From a virus, in IMG/VR virus record IMGVR_UViG_3300026473_000477, positions 15,615-79,614 of that record: DNA of 64,000 nucleotides. The stretch is one strand, 5' to 3'. Both the position numbers and the translations under genes were made by a program. Below, piece after piece: positions 48,991-58,385 of this stretch. The first letter of the stretch is position 1; each line of letters opens with the position of its first letter. The notes below the pieces were generated by a model that saw only the letters and a list, made by a program, of their open reading frames with translations, was not told the DNA's origin and made no database searches.

Positions 48991-49195
48991 CAAGTCTCCA
49001 AAGCTTAATTAATGTCGGGTGAACTTTCCCAATAAAGTTATCATTATAGTGCTTTGAATTTACCCAACAATTTTCCTTAAAATTAAAATCGTACATATAA
49101 ATCCTGTTATCTTCTTCGTCTATCTTTGTAATTTTACTGGTAATGGTTTCGTTACCAATGCTAAACTGTACAATATCTCCAACTTCCGATTTCAT
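48971..49195 (-). CDS. Mini-protein family member (SD-type tail)
   Basis: SEVGDI...GKVHPTLIKLWRLDE; TGGACA-N17-TATACT upstream at 49216-49244. Confidence 0.85.
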   Translation of the reverse strand: MKSEVGDIVQFSIGNETITSKITKIDEEDNRIYMYDFNFKENCWVNSKHYNDNFIGKVHPTLIKLWRLDEDINL

Positions 49196-49246
49196 ATCAT
49201 TCCTTTATAAATGATAGTATATGTGAAATCACATCAACTGTCCAGC

Positions 49247-50263
49247 TTATAAATCCTCTGATTGGGGTTTTGATCCTCCAATAATTCTATCCAACTTTAC
49301 TTCTTTACCATCTTTTCCGACAATAGTTTCTGACAAATCAAATTGGTAAGATTTAAACTTCTCTTCGTTTTGCATTAATTCCAGCACTTTTTCATAATAC
49401 ATACCGAAGTCTGCTTTTTCTTGTCTTTTTAGCTCTCTTAAGTTTTCAGATTCATGTTCAAAATATAACAAATAGTTCATACCTTCTTTTAGCTTATCTC
49501 TCTTATTTTTGTATCTAATTTTCTGATATGCAAAAGCTAGGATCGGTAAATCTGTTTCTTTTTGTACTCTAATTAGTGGCTGAAAGATTGTAATAATATT
49601 AGTAGCTAACCACTCAGCTTTACTAGTCCCAAAAGCTCCATCTCTACTAATTGGCGTATCTCCTTTTCCGGCTTTTCCTTTAGTAGTTTGAGAAGCTAAG
49701 AACACATGAGTATCGACCTCTACAGCCAGCGTTTTAAATAAGTCTACAACTGGATTATAATCAACTCCTCCATTTATGTTAACTTGGTGAAGGTGATCAA
49801 TGAAAGTAGCAATAATAGTAGTGTTTAAAGTTTCCTTAATCTTCTTAAGTTCGTGCTTAATTAGATTTGCAGTCAGAGCCTTAGAAGTTCCGTCTTCATT
49901 GTAATTTTCGACAATATAAAACCTTTCTGATATCTCTGGACAATCTCTTGTTGCCAGTAACCATTTCTCAATAATCTCACCGGCAGTCATCTCTAAAGAA
50001 ACCATAACCACACAACCATCAGGATTATTTAGTAGAATATGCTTAAAAATCCAAAGCATAGTTGAAGTTTTACCAATTCCAGGTGCGCCTAAAAATAGTG
50101 ATAAATCTCCTCTAAGCCAAGGTCTTTCTAAACAGTCCATTTCTTTTGGACCTTTAACAGCCTTTAAAATATCATAAGAAGAGGTTAAATTTCCTTGCTT
50201 AATAATACTTCCAACGCTTCTAACACCCATTTGCTTTTTCCTCTGCTCCATAAAATTCATCAT
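49247..50263 (-). CDS. DnaB/RecA-type replicative helicase
   Basis: Walker A GAPGIGKT, SLEM, FIDHLH, LASQ, KIR. Confidence 0.85.
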   Translation of the reverse strand: MMNFMEQRKKQMGVRSVGSIIKQGNLTSSYDILKAVKGPKEMDCLERPWLRGDLSLFLGAPGIGKTSTMLWIFKHILLNNPDGCVVMVSLEMTAGEIIEKWLLATRDCPEISERFYIVENYNEDGTSKALTANLIKHELKKIKETLNTTIIATFIDHLHQVNINGGVDYNPVVDLFKTLAVEVDTHVFLASQTTKGKAGKGDTPISRDGAFGTSKAEWLATNIITIFQPLIRVQKETDLPILAFAYQKIRYKNKRDKLKEGMNYLLYFEHESENLRELKRQEKADFGMYYEKVLELMQNEEKFKSYQFDLSETIVGKDGKEVKLDRIIGGSKPQSEDL

Positions 50264-50499
50264 TATATCTCCTTATCCCAGCCATAAAGTTTAACTAATA
50301 TTGGATGTACTTTTCCTATATATCTGTCTTGATAATAGCTAATACTACTAAGACGACCAGTATTTACTGCTTTTTCGTTTAATTGTCTATAAGTTACTAC
50401 ACCATCACTATCAACATTTACTATAAAATCTATCGAAATCTTTCCTAAAAACCTATACATTACACAATCTCCAGCTTTTATCTCAACTTTCGTATCCAT
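50263..50499 (-). CDS. Mini-protein family member
   Basis: IKAGDC...GKVHPILVKLYGWD; tail contains AAGGAG and a TAATG overlap with the helicase. Confidence 0.85.
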   Translation of the reverse strand: MDTKVEIKAGDCVMYRFLGKISIDFIVNVDSDGVVTYRQLNEKAVNTGRLSSISYYQDRYIGKVHPILVKLYGWDKEI

Positions 50500-50700
50500 A
50501 AAACTCCACAATAGATTTCAATCTTTTTTCCAACTCTATTTTATCATCTCCACTGGCAATTTGTAAAGCGAAATAATAACAAACATAAATTGGACATCCA
50601 GACACCGCAGCATAAAGAGAAAGGCTACTAATGCCATTTTTCTGATATTGCTTATGTACGTGTTCCAATTGGGACAAATAATCATCAGGATTAATTTTCA

Positions 50701-51000
50701 CTAATAAACCTTTTCGATGTCATCACATTTACAGTGAGGACAACTAGTCCGAAGAAGTCTAGTTCCATCAGACAACCTCGGACCAGATTGGTACTTATAA
50801 AATAACCTATCACATCCATTACAGCTTAACATACTTTCTGGTTTATTTCTAGCCATAAACTCATACTTCCTGTTTGTTTCATAAATACTAACACATGGTT
50901 TACAAATCCCACGATTATTTGCCAATAGTCCAGATTCTCTCTTCATATTGGAAAGTTGCAGTTTATCATTTCTACAAACTCTACAAGTGAAATTATTCAT
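50701..51000 (-). CDS. Cys-rich zinc-binding protein
   Basis: Four CxxC pairs. Confidence 0.6.
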   Translation of the reverse strand: MNNFTCRVCRNDKLQLSNMKRESGLLANNRGICKPCVSIYETNRKYEFMARNKPESMLSCNGCDRLFYKYQSGPRLSDGTRLLRTSCPHCKCDDIEKVY

Positions 51001-51307
51001 TAGATTTTATCAATTTTGTAAAGTTTTGTTTTCTCATTACTTCTACATTTCCAGTTGCTAATGCTTGATTAATAATATCAGACATTATTAGATTAGTTCC
51101 ATATCCATTTTTGTGACATTTATATACACTTCCAGAGTTACCATAAAACAGATAATAATCGCCATCTTCTTCCACTTTAACAATACCAGAATTAATTTTC
51201 CAACTTTGACCTTCAAGATAAGAGCCAGACCAGCCAGCCAATACTTTATAGCCGATTTTTCCGTTATCCTCTATTTTCAAGACAACCCATTTATCAGGTG
51301 TATACAT
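50993..51307 (-). CDS. Hypothetical phage protein
   Basis: YTPDKWVVLKI...WSGSYL..SWKINSGI. Confidence 0.6.
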   Translation of the reverse strand: MYTPDKWVVLKIEDNGKIGYKVLAGWSGSYLEGQSWKINSGIVKVEEDGDYYLFYGNSGSVYKCHKNGYGTNLIMSDIINQALATGNVEVMRKQNFTKLIKSNE

Positions 51308-52123
51308 ATTATTCCTCTATAACAACCTTATTTATAATATTTTTAAGATCTTTTAAATCATCTAAATCTAATACTATATTATATTCTTCGTCATATTTAT
51401 TCTCTAAAAGTATAGCATTATTTATATATTTTACAACATAACTATCGCCAATAGTGCCTAAATTAATATCCAAGTGTTTTGTTAAATAGTTTGCAATATC
51501 ATCATCTGTGGCGATTCTCCAATTATAAGATTTGTAAAATCCAAATTCGTATGCTAACCATTTCTGATCTTCTTCAACTAAATCTAAACATCTATATGCA
51601 GGTTTATCGCCCTCGACTAACTCATCAACTACCATACAAGTAGCTAATCTGAAATTATTAGCGCAAATGATATCGCTTTTTTTAAATCTATCTTCAAATC
51701 TTTTCATTCTTGCTCCATAAAAAAGCTTTTAAAGTGAGCATGTTCGTTTTTTGTAATTGGATTATTGTGGTTTACAACTAAAAACTCTTCATCTACTTGC
51801 AAGTTATTAAACACTTTGATAGTGCCACCTTTTTCCATAAATTCTTTGTAAGTTATTGGATTTCCTGAGTGATCTACGGCAATGGCAAAACTTTCTGACA
51901 TATCTCCACCAAAATGAAATCTATATTTTTTTACCATTTCTTTATTTAATTTAACCTTCATAATCAATCCTTTTAATTTACCTTTGATGTTTCATCACCT
52001 ATCGGGAAGGTAGCTCCGACATACTTCTGGAATGTATGCTAACCTCTCAATCTTTAAGCTTCTCCCAAGTAAAATCTGGGGCTTAGGTTTGAGTTACCTA
52101 TTAGCCTTCTGGCGGTCAAAAGG

Positions 52124-52456
52124 CTATTTCTTTGGCTGTACTTTTACAATCTCAAAAACAACATTAGTAAGATCTCCACCTTCTTTATATCTGGAAACCT
52201 TCTCATCATATTCAGCTTCAGTAATCTTACCACTTTCAAGCATTGTCTTAAACTTGTCATCAGGTCTGTTTACATAAAAGTAAGAGCTTTCATATTTCTT
52301 ACCATTAATTGTAATTTCAACATCCTTGTTTAGTACAAAAGTATACTGTTGTCTTCCTTCATCATCCTTGATGAGTTCTCCAGTATCCTTGTTGGTACGC
52401 TTAAAGATTGTTCCAAGTTGCCTATTTTCTGGTTTATTATTCCTCTGTTGACTCAT
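52124..52456 (-). CDS. Possible ssDNA-binding protein
   Basis: Beta-rich 110 aa in the recombination cluster; weak call. Confidence 0.35.
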   Translation of the reverse strand: MSQQRNNKPENRQLGTIFKRTNKDTGELIKDDEGRQQYTFVLNKDVEITINGKKYESSYFYVNRPDDKFKTMLESGKITEAEYDEKVSRYKEGGDLTNVVFEIVKVQPKK

Positions 52457-52765
52457 TGCTTTCTCCTGTTAATTGTTGTTGCTGTCTTACTGACTCTTCT
52501 ATCATTGATTGTACCACAACTTCAGTGGCAATTGCAACTAAAGTATCGCTAATTCTTTTTGAAACAATATTAGCTGTTTCCAATTCTGGCTCATTTTCAA
52601 AATGGATATCTTCCATTGGATAAGCTGCCATTGCCTCAAGTAGCCTATCTTTCTGTCCATGCTTTAAATGTGCTTTAAGTTCATTGAAATATTGCCGATC
52701 AATGGCAAGGTTTTCTCTCATTTTCTGCTGAACTTCCTGACGACTAATAATCTTTTTTTCTTCCA

Positions 52766-53341
52766 TTAAAGTTCTCCACTAGTTGTTTGTTGTGTTGTTG
52801 GTTTATTCTTACGAAATCCACTTCTTGGAATTTCTTCAGATTGCTCTGGTTTAGCTGCTTCTATTCGAGTTTCCGTTGGCTTAGATCTTTGTTGGGAAGT
52901 CTCAATAGTTGGAGTTTCTAAATCTCCTTCAGTCATATCCTCAGTTGGAATAGAGAATGTTTGGATTAAGGCATACTTAAGAGCAGCAGAAAGTGCTTTA
53001 TTAGTAGCTTTGTCTCCAGAGTCTAGCCCTTCAGCTGGAATTGGACCTACTGTAATTTTAGAGCCATCTTCAGCAAAAAAATCATATTCCATCATAATTG
53101 TTACATGTTTATCAATACCAGCTTTTCCAGATCCTCTAGTAACTTCATTAAGTTCATGCTGTTCATTAACGCAACGTGGAGCCATAAAAACTCCATGTTT
53201 AGTCAAAGCTGGGTAAAGATTGTTAACAAACTGATCAATTCCTCGGAATTTAAATCCTTGAGCTTGGTTCTTTTGGTCTTTTCCGACACTTCCAATATCT
53301 TTCATGACATCAGACATTTTCTTATAAATTAAACCACTCAT
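52766..53341 (-). CDS. erf: ERF-family ssDNA annealing protein
   Basis: FKFRGID, GLDSGDKATNKALSAALKYAL...IPT. Confidence 0.85.
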   Translation of the reverse strand: MSGLIYKKMSDVMKDIGSVGKDQKNQAQGFKFRGIDQFVNNLYPALTKHGVFMAPRCVNEQHELNEVTRGSGKAGIDKHVTIMMEYDFFAEDGSKITVGPIPAEGLDSGDKATNKALSAALKYALIQTFSIPTEDMTEGDLETPTIETSQQRSKPTETRIEAAKPEQSEEIPRSGFRKNKPTTQQTTSGEL

Positions 53342-54095
53342 ATTAAACTCCCAATAGCTTTAATGCCGAATCTAGTGCCAACTCTTGAGCTTTTGCCAAT
53401 TCTTCAGAGTGAGCTGAGATTGTTACTCTTTTGTCCACTAGTGACTTATCATCTTTCATTTTGAGTACAGTTAGAATCAGAGAAGTTCCAATTTGTCCGA
53501 CTTTTCCGCCAGTAGTAGTGTTAAACTGTAGATCAAAAGACCCATTTTCACCCGACAACTTCTTTAGCCTTTTTGCAAAACTTACATTCATTTGTTTTCT
53601 CCTTTGAAAACTTTTGTTTGTTTTTTGTTCATTATTGATTCTACCAATTCTTTTTTGGCTTGGTACATTGCAACTTGATAATCTCCAGTAGATAGTGACG
53701 TTACTTTGTCAATTTTACACCCACCATTTACAAGATCATATTTTAGCATAACTTTATGAAATTTACCAGAAGAATCTTCATAAATTGATAAAGCTAGACC
53801 TTTTAGATCTTCTTCTTTTGGAACTAGTTGTTTTTCCAATGATTGTACTTCTTTTAGCTTTTCTGATAGCGTCTGAATAATTTCAATCAGTTGTTTTTTG
53901 GTTTTACTTTCTAAGTCATTCATTATCCCTCCATTGGAAAATTCTTGTCAATTTGATCTGACACCCATTCAAAAAATATATCATCAGTAATTTTAATTTT
54001 ATCCTCACCGCTTCCCCAATCGTGGGAAATTACGTAATCAGCCCATTCAGCTTCCAATTCTTCTTGATTTTGTAAATAATATTCATAAACTTTGC

Positions 54096-54644
54096 TCATA
54101 GTCCCTTATTTTCCAATAATGCAATTAATATCGATAAATTAATGCCTTCTTGATCTTTTTCTGACCTTGCTGACTCTGCTGCTGACCTTGCTGCTGACTC
54201 TGCTGACCATGCTGCTGACCTTGCTGACCCTGCTGCTGACCCTGCTGCTGACCATGCTGCTGACCTTGCTGACCCTGCTGCTGACCCTGCTGCTGACCAT
54301 GCTGCTGACCATGCTGCTGACTCTGCTGACCATGCTGCTGATTTACCTAACTCGCCATTAATTACCTTTTTTACAACTTCTAAACAATCTCTAACTCTTG
54401 TGTCGTTTGGAAATTCTCTCTCAAAATTATCTAAAACAAATTCAGCACATTCTACAGACCAGATTTGTAATGTTTTTAGTGGAGCAACTTTAGTAGCAAG
54501 CCAAATTTTATTATTATAACTAATATCTTCCAAAGCTAACAAATCTGACAACTTACCATTAAAGTCTGGATGTTTATTCTCAAAATCTAAAATACCATCT
54601 TCACATGGATTTAATCTTCTGATAAATTTAGAATTAATTTTCAT
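54096..54644 (-). CDS. Helical protein with SAA(W/R/G/E) repeat tract
   Basis: FPNDTRVR followed by tandem AWSA/AGSA/ARSA repeats. Confidence 0.7.
   Translation of the reverse strand: MKINSKFIRRLNPCEDGILDFENKHPDFNGKLSDLLALEDISYNNKIWLATKVAPLKTLQIWSVECAEFVLDNFEREFPNDTRVRDCLEVVKKVINGELGKSAAWSAESAAWSAAWSAAGSAAGSARSAAWSAAGSAAGSARSAAWSAESAARSAAESARSEKDQEGINLSILIALLENKGL
54160..54341. repeat. 9/12-bp coding tandem repeat (GCTGCTGACxxx)
   Basis: Visible tandem array encoding Ser-Ala-Ala-X. Confidence 0.9.
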
Positions 54645-54661
54645 AAAGCTTCCTTTTTGAT

Positions 54662-54691
54662 ATTATACATCATTTTCTAATAATTTGTCAA
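54662..54691 (-). promoter_or_regulatory. sigma70 promoter inside mini-gene tail
   Basis: TTGACA-N18-TATAAT. Confidence 0.75.
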
Positions 54692-54899
54692 GTTGCCAAA
54701 GTTTGACTAATGTTGGATGTACTTTTCCAATAAACATGCCGTCATAATAGTCAATAGATATCTTTGTGTACTGGTCAAACTCATGATCATAACATTCAAT
54801 TATTCTGTCATCAATTGACATAATAGTATCTATACGTACTTTGCCAAATAAACCATACATCACAACATCACCAGCTTTAAGGTTTAGTTTCGAGTCCAC
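54663..54899 (-). CDS. Mini-protein family member (promoter-type tail)
   Basis: LKAGDV...GKVHPTLVKLWQLDK. Confidence 0.85.
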   Translation of the reverse strand: MDSKLNLKAGDVVMYGLFGKVRIDTIMSIDDRIIECYDHEFDQYTKISIDYYDGMFIGKVHPTLVKLWQLDKLLENDV

Positions 54900-55857
54900 T
54901 CATACTTCCTTCCCAACAATATTTATAATATGGACACTTTTTCCCAAATGAATAGCATTGTTTTTTGTCGCTCTTTCCCGAAAACTCGCCACTCTTAATC
55001 AATTTTACCAAATTATCAACTCTTTGGAAAGCTTTTTGAAATGATTCCTCAGAAATCTTGTCTTTTATAATAGTTATCCTAATTTTTGGCTCTCTTTTTC
55101 TGACTTCCTTTTCGACAACAACATAACTTGCGTCCAAAATCTCTTCACTTTCACAATAGATTGCCAATTGGAGAGATGTACTTACAGAATCCTCTTTATA
55201 AGCCTTACTTGACGTTTTGTTATCACAGATATATACTTTGTCAGGCTCGTCAATAAAACTGCATTTAAAGTCAATTTTGCCAGTAATCTCATCTTCTCCA
55301 TTATTTAGAGTAATTGTCTTTTGGATGTCAAACACTTCAGAAATTTTTGGGATGACTTCTTTTTCATAAGCATCAATTAGCAATAATCCTTTATTGTAAA
55401 GAGAAAGCCAATTCATGTAATTATATGTTTTCTGATCTTGTAAACTTAGCTTTTTGCCTTTTTCAATGACATCTCGACATTCTTGGTAAAATGACAAGAA
55501 ATCATAAATTTCTCCATCAAATTCTTTTAACTTGGAATAATCCTCCTCTGTCAGCAAATCAGGACTGAAATCTTTCTTGGAGTAATCGCACCATTCATTA
55601 GTGGCAAGATTTTGATCTCTGGAAACTTTCATGTTTTCGTCAAAAACCTCTCGCCAAGATTTTACCATTAGTAACTTTTCATCATCAGTTAAGTTCTTCT
55701 TTTTTTCCAATAGAAGTCTGGAAAAAGCTTCATCTGTCGCATTTCCGAAGAACAATGGGGAGTCAATCTTTTTTGGTCTAATTCTTTTATTATAATGTAA
55801 ATCGAACTTTTTGGGACATTCTTCGTAAGTTGTAAGAGATGAATATGAAAATTTCAT
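54877..55857 (-). CDS. PD-(D/E)XK (RecB/Cas4-like) exonuclease with Cys cluster
   Basis: SYSSL..YEECP, GKID, DNKT, QLAIY, C...CPY..YC. Confidence 0.85.
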   Translation of the reverse strand: MKFSYSSLTTYEECPKKFDLHYNKRIRPKKIDSPLFFGNATDEAFSRLLLEKKKNLTDDEKLLMVKSWREVFDENMKVSRDQNLATNEWCDYSKKDFSPDLLTEEDYSKLKEFDGEIYDFLSFYQECRDVIEKGKKLSLQDQKTYNYMNWLSLYNKGLLLIDAYEKEVIPKISEVFDIQKTITLNNGEDEITGKIDFKCSFIDEPDKVYICDNKTSSKAYKEDSVSTSLQLAIYCESEEILDASYVVVEKEVRKREPKIRITIIKDKISEESFQKAFQRVDNLVKLIKSGEFSGKSDKKQCYSFGKKCPYYKYCWEGSMSGLETKP

Positions 55858-56064
55858 TTTTTATCCTTAATTTGATCTTCTAGTCGCCAAAGTTTTACTA
55901 AAATCGGATTGACTTTACTAATAAAAGTATGATTATAATAACTACTTTCTACCAAAATCACAATATCAAGATAAAAATCATAACAAAGAATTTCACCGTG
56001 TTTATTTATTTCTAGAATCATATCCATATATTATTACATCTCCAACTTTTATGTCAATCGCCAT
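55854..56064 (-). pseudogene. Frameshifted mini-protein family member (not in ORF track)
   Basis: MAIDIKVGDVIIYG in one frame (stop at 56002); MDMILE...SKVNPILVKLWRLED in another (55854-56027). Confidence 0.75.
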
Positions 56065-56255
56065 AATTTCCCCAATATTGGATGTATTCTCATTGTATTT
56101 CCAGATGACACTCTGATTATATCATAGTTTTCTACAAGTTCGCAAACATATTTGTCTTCTTCTTTGTGGTAATTTAAAACTATAGCTAAACCTTTGATAT
56201 TTTTGTATAAGTCGTGCTGGACATAAACTAAGTCGCCAATTTTGATGTTACTCAT
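56049..56255 (-). CDS. Mini-protein family member
   Basis: IKIGDL...RIHPILGKLWRL. Confidence 0.85.
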   Translation of the reverse strand: MSNIKIGDLVYVQHDLYKNIKGLAIVLNYHKEEDKYVCELVENYDIIRVSSGNTMRIHPILGKLWRLT

Positions 56256-56472
56256 CCAATCTCCAGAGCTTTACAAGAATTGGATGAACTTTAGTATAAT
56301 AACTACCTTCTTTTGTAATATAGTCTAACCTTAATTCATTCGGCTCTGTAGTCCAATATTCGTGTTTAAACAAGTATCTAAACTTTTCAGAATCAACTCG
56401 GACTATCTTTTCAATTTGAAAATTACCATTTCCTTTATCATATAAATAATAATCGCCAACTTTTACTTCCAT
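56248..56472 (-). CDS. Mini-protein family member (SD-type tail; likely start 56472)
   Basis: MEVKVGDY...KVHPILVKLWRLDE. Confidence 0.85.
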   Translation of the reverse strand: MEVKVGDYYLYDKGNGNFQIEKIVRVDSEKFRYLFKHEYWTTEPNELRLDYITKEGSYYTKVHPILVKLWRLDE

Positions 56473-56473
56473 A

Positions 56474-57145
56474 CTAAAAATCCAGTCCAATTCCAACGCT
56501 TCCAAAGCCTTGAACATCAATTCCAATTGCACCATTAATGTCACCAAAACTTCTCTGGTAAAGTAATCCTGGAACAATTTCTGTACTACTTCTAATAACA
56601 GTCGAGTTATTTCCATTATTTACAGTTAATCCTGTTCGCTTTTGTGTTGCCAGTAAGGAAATTCTATTAAGTTTTCTTACAGTTTTTGTTACAACAATTG
56701 TTTTAGTAACAATTTTTTCCTCTGGAGCTTCACTGATAATAGTTTTACTTTCACCTTCATCAGACTTTACAATAACAACAACTCGTCTATTATTGGCGTG
56801 ATCTAAATCACTAGTCCCGAGATTTACCAATTGAGTCTCTCCATAACCATTGGAAATAATCTCAGCTTTTGTCCCAAGTTTGACAAGAACTCTAGCCGCT
56901 GACTCAGCTCTCTTTTGGCTTAAATTTAGGTTATAAAGAGCGTTTCCTCGTTGATCAGCGTGACCCTCAACAATGACTTCAGAAACCTTTTTACCGCTAA
57001 TTTTAGAGCTGTAAACCTCCTCCAATCTTGCGATTAGTTCTTCAGTTGGAATATCACTTCCAGTTTCAAAATGTGCAGCGTTAGACACTGACAAGAAGAA
57101 AATTAAAGTAAAGAGAAGTAGGGCAAATCTTAATAAAATATTCAT
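56474..57145 (-). CDS. Exported OmpA-like peptidoglycan-binding protein with C-terminal beta strands
   Basis: Signal peptide; EGHADQRG..YNLNLSQKRA...GYGE...NRRV; ends VGIGLDF. Confidence 0.85.
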   Translation of the reverse strand: MNILLRFALLLFTLIFFLSVSNAAHFETGSDIPTEELIARLEEVYSSKISGKKVSEVIVEGHADQRGNALYNLNLSQKRAESAARVLVKLGTKAEIISNGYGETQLVNLGTSDLDHANNRRVVVIVKSDEGESKTIISEAPEEKIVTKTIVVTKTVRKLNRISLLATQKRTGLTVNNGNNSTVIRSSTEIVPGLLYQRSFGDINGAIGIDVQGFGSVGIGLDF

Positions 57146-57163
57146 ATAATTCCTTTTAGTTTA

Positions 57164-58117
57164 TTATAACCTGACAACCTGACCATTAGCAATCTTAAAT
57201 CTACAGTTTTGTCCATCAGTTGTGGTATATTCAGTATTCTCAGCAAGTTCGCCAAGGTAAACATTTTTCACAGTTGGAATAGAAACTGTTTGAATATTTT
57301 GAGAAACATCGAGGTTTACAATTTCCTTAAACTTTACAGTTCCAAGACAGATTTGAACTCCAAGAGCGTTTAGTCCGAGAAGTCCGTCACAATATTGAAC
57401 TTTAATTGGGGAATTGTTTGGAGTAAGTCCTGTAAATGAAACTTGACTAGTGACAGATTCTACCATAACAGAATAAAATTTTCCATTAATCTTTTGTAGC
57501 TTTTCTTTTCCACAAGGAGATTCGACAACAACTTTATTGGCGGTAATTTGGCTCTGTAAATTTACCAATGACAATTGAATGTTCGCCACTTGTTGGTTTA
57601 AAGCTGTAATTGATCCAATGTTTGAGTTGACATCAGTTCTCAAAAGGTTAATTTCAAAGTTAGCGTTTGCCAATTGAGTATTTAAATCTCTAATGTCAGA
57701 CTTTAGCTTTTCAATTTCAGAATCTTGGAGAGAATTAATAAGTTCTGTGTTGGAAACTCTTGACTGTAAGTCTTGAATTTGTCCAACAATGAGATTTGTT
57801 TGGCTTGTTAAATTGTTAATTTGTGTTGTGTGAGCATTAACTTGACTTCTTAAAGCGTCTAAATCGGCTTGTGAAGCGTTGTCTTGAGCTTCCAAGTCGG
57901 CAATCCTTTGGTCGAGATTCTGACCTTCTAAAACTAAAATGCGAGCTTCTAGAGCGTCAATTCTGGAGTTAATTGCTTCTTGTAAAGAGACAATCAGTAA
58001 GTTTAGAATGTCAATTTCCTTTTTGATTTCAGAGTTATTGTAACGCTCTACAGTAACTTTCTGAGTTTTTCCACAAGAAATAAATAATAGTAATGGTAAA
58101 AGTAATAAGTATTTCAT
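57164..58117 (-). CDS. Coiled-coil lipoprotein
   Basis: LLFISC lipobox, long heptad region, Cys-containing C-terminal domain. Confidence 0.75.
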   Translation of the reverse strand: MKYLLLLPLLLFISCGKTQKVTVERYNNSEIKKEIDILNLLIVSLQEAINSRIDALEARILVLEGQNLDQRIADLEAQDNASQADLDALRSQVNAHTTQINNLTSQTNLIVGQIQDLQSRVSNTELINSLQDSEIEKLKSDIRDLNTQLANANFEINLLRTDVNSNIGSITALNQQVANIQLSLVNLQSQITANKVVVESPCGKEKLQKINGKFYSVMVESVTSQVSFTGLTPNNSPIKVQYCDGLLGLNALGVQICLGTVKFKEIVNLDVSQNIQTVSIPTVKNVYLGELAENTEYTTTDGQNCRFKIANGQVVRL

Positions 58118-58142
58118 TTATTCTCCTTTTAAGAATAGTTAT

Positions 58143-58171
58143 ATTTTACTCGTTTTCAAACAGCTTGTCAA
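58143..58171 (-). promoter_or_regulatory. sigma70 promoter inside mini-gene tail
   Basis: TTGACA-N17-TAAAAT. Confidence 0.8.
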
Positions 58172-58385
58172 GTTGCCAGAGTTTTACTAATGTTGGATGA
58201 ATTTTAATTAAACTATTGCTAACAATATATCGACAAAAGCTTTCTAATGGTGCTTCGCTGATACCAACATAGGACATACAAGAAAGTTTATACTTATATA
58301 AAACAGCATCACTTCTTGTGCTGATAATCTTATCAATATCTCCATGTAATGAATCGATATAATAATCGCCAACTTTTATTTCCAT
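58146..58385 (-). CDS. Mini-protein family member (promoter-type tail)
   Basis: MEIKVGDY...KIHPTLVKLWQLDK. Confidence 0.85.
   Translation of the reverse strand: MEIKVGDYYIDSLHGDIDKIISTRSDAVLYKYKLSCMSYVGISEAPLESFCRYIVSNSLIKIHPTLVKLWQLDKLFENE

Noticed and set aside
54139-54361. ORFs MVSRVSS.. and MLTLLL..
   Set aside because: Shadow frames of the SAAx coding repeat
54877-55857. Cas4 as evidence of a CRISPR-Cas system
   Set aside because: No array or other cas genes; its position near ERF fits a recombination exonuclease
56473-56616. N-terminal extension of ORF 56248..56616
   Set aside because: Overlaps the OmpA-like gene; family alignment puts the start at ATG 56472
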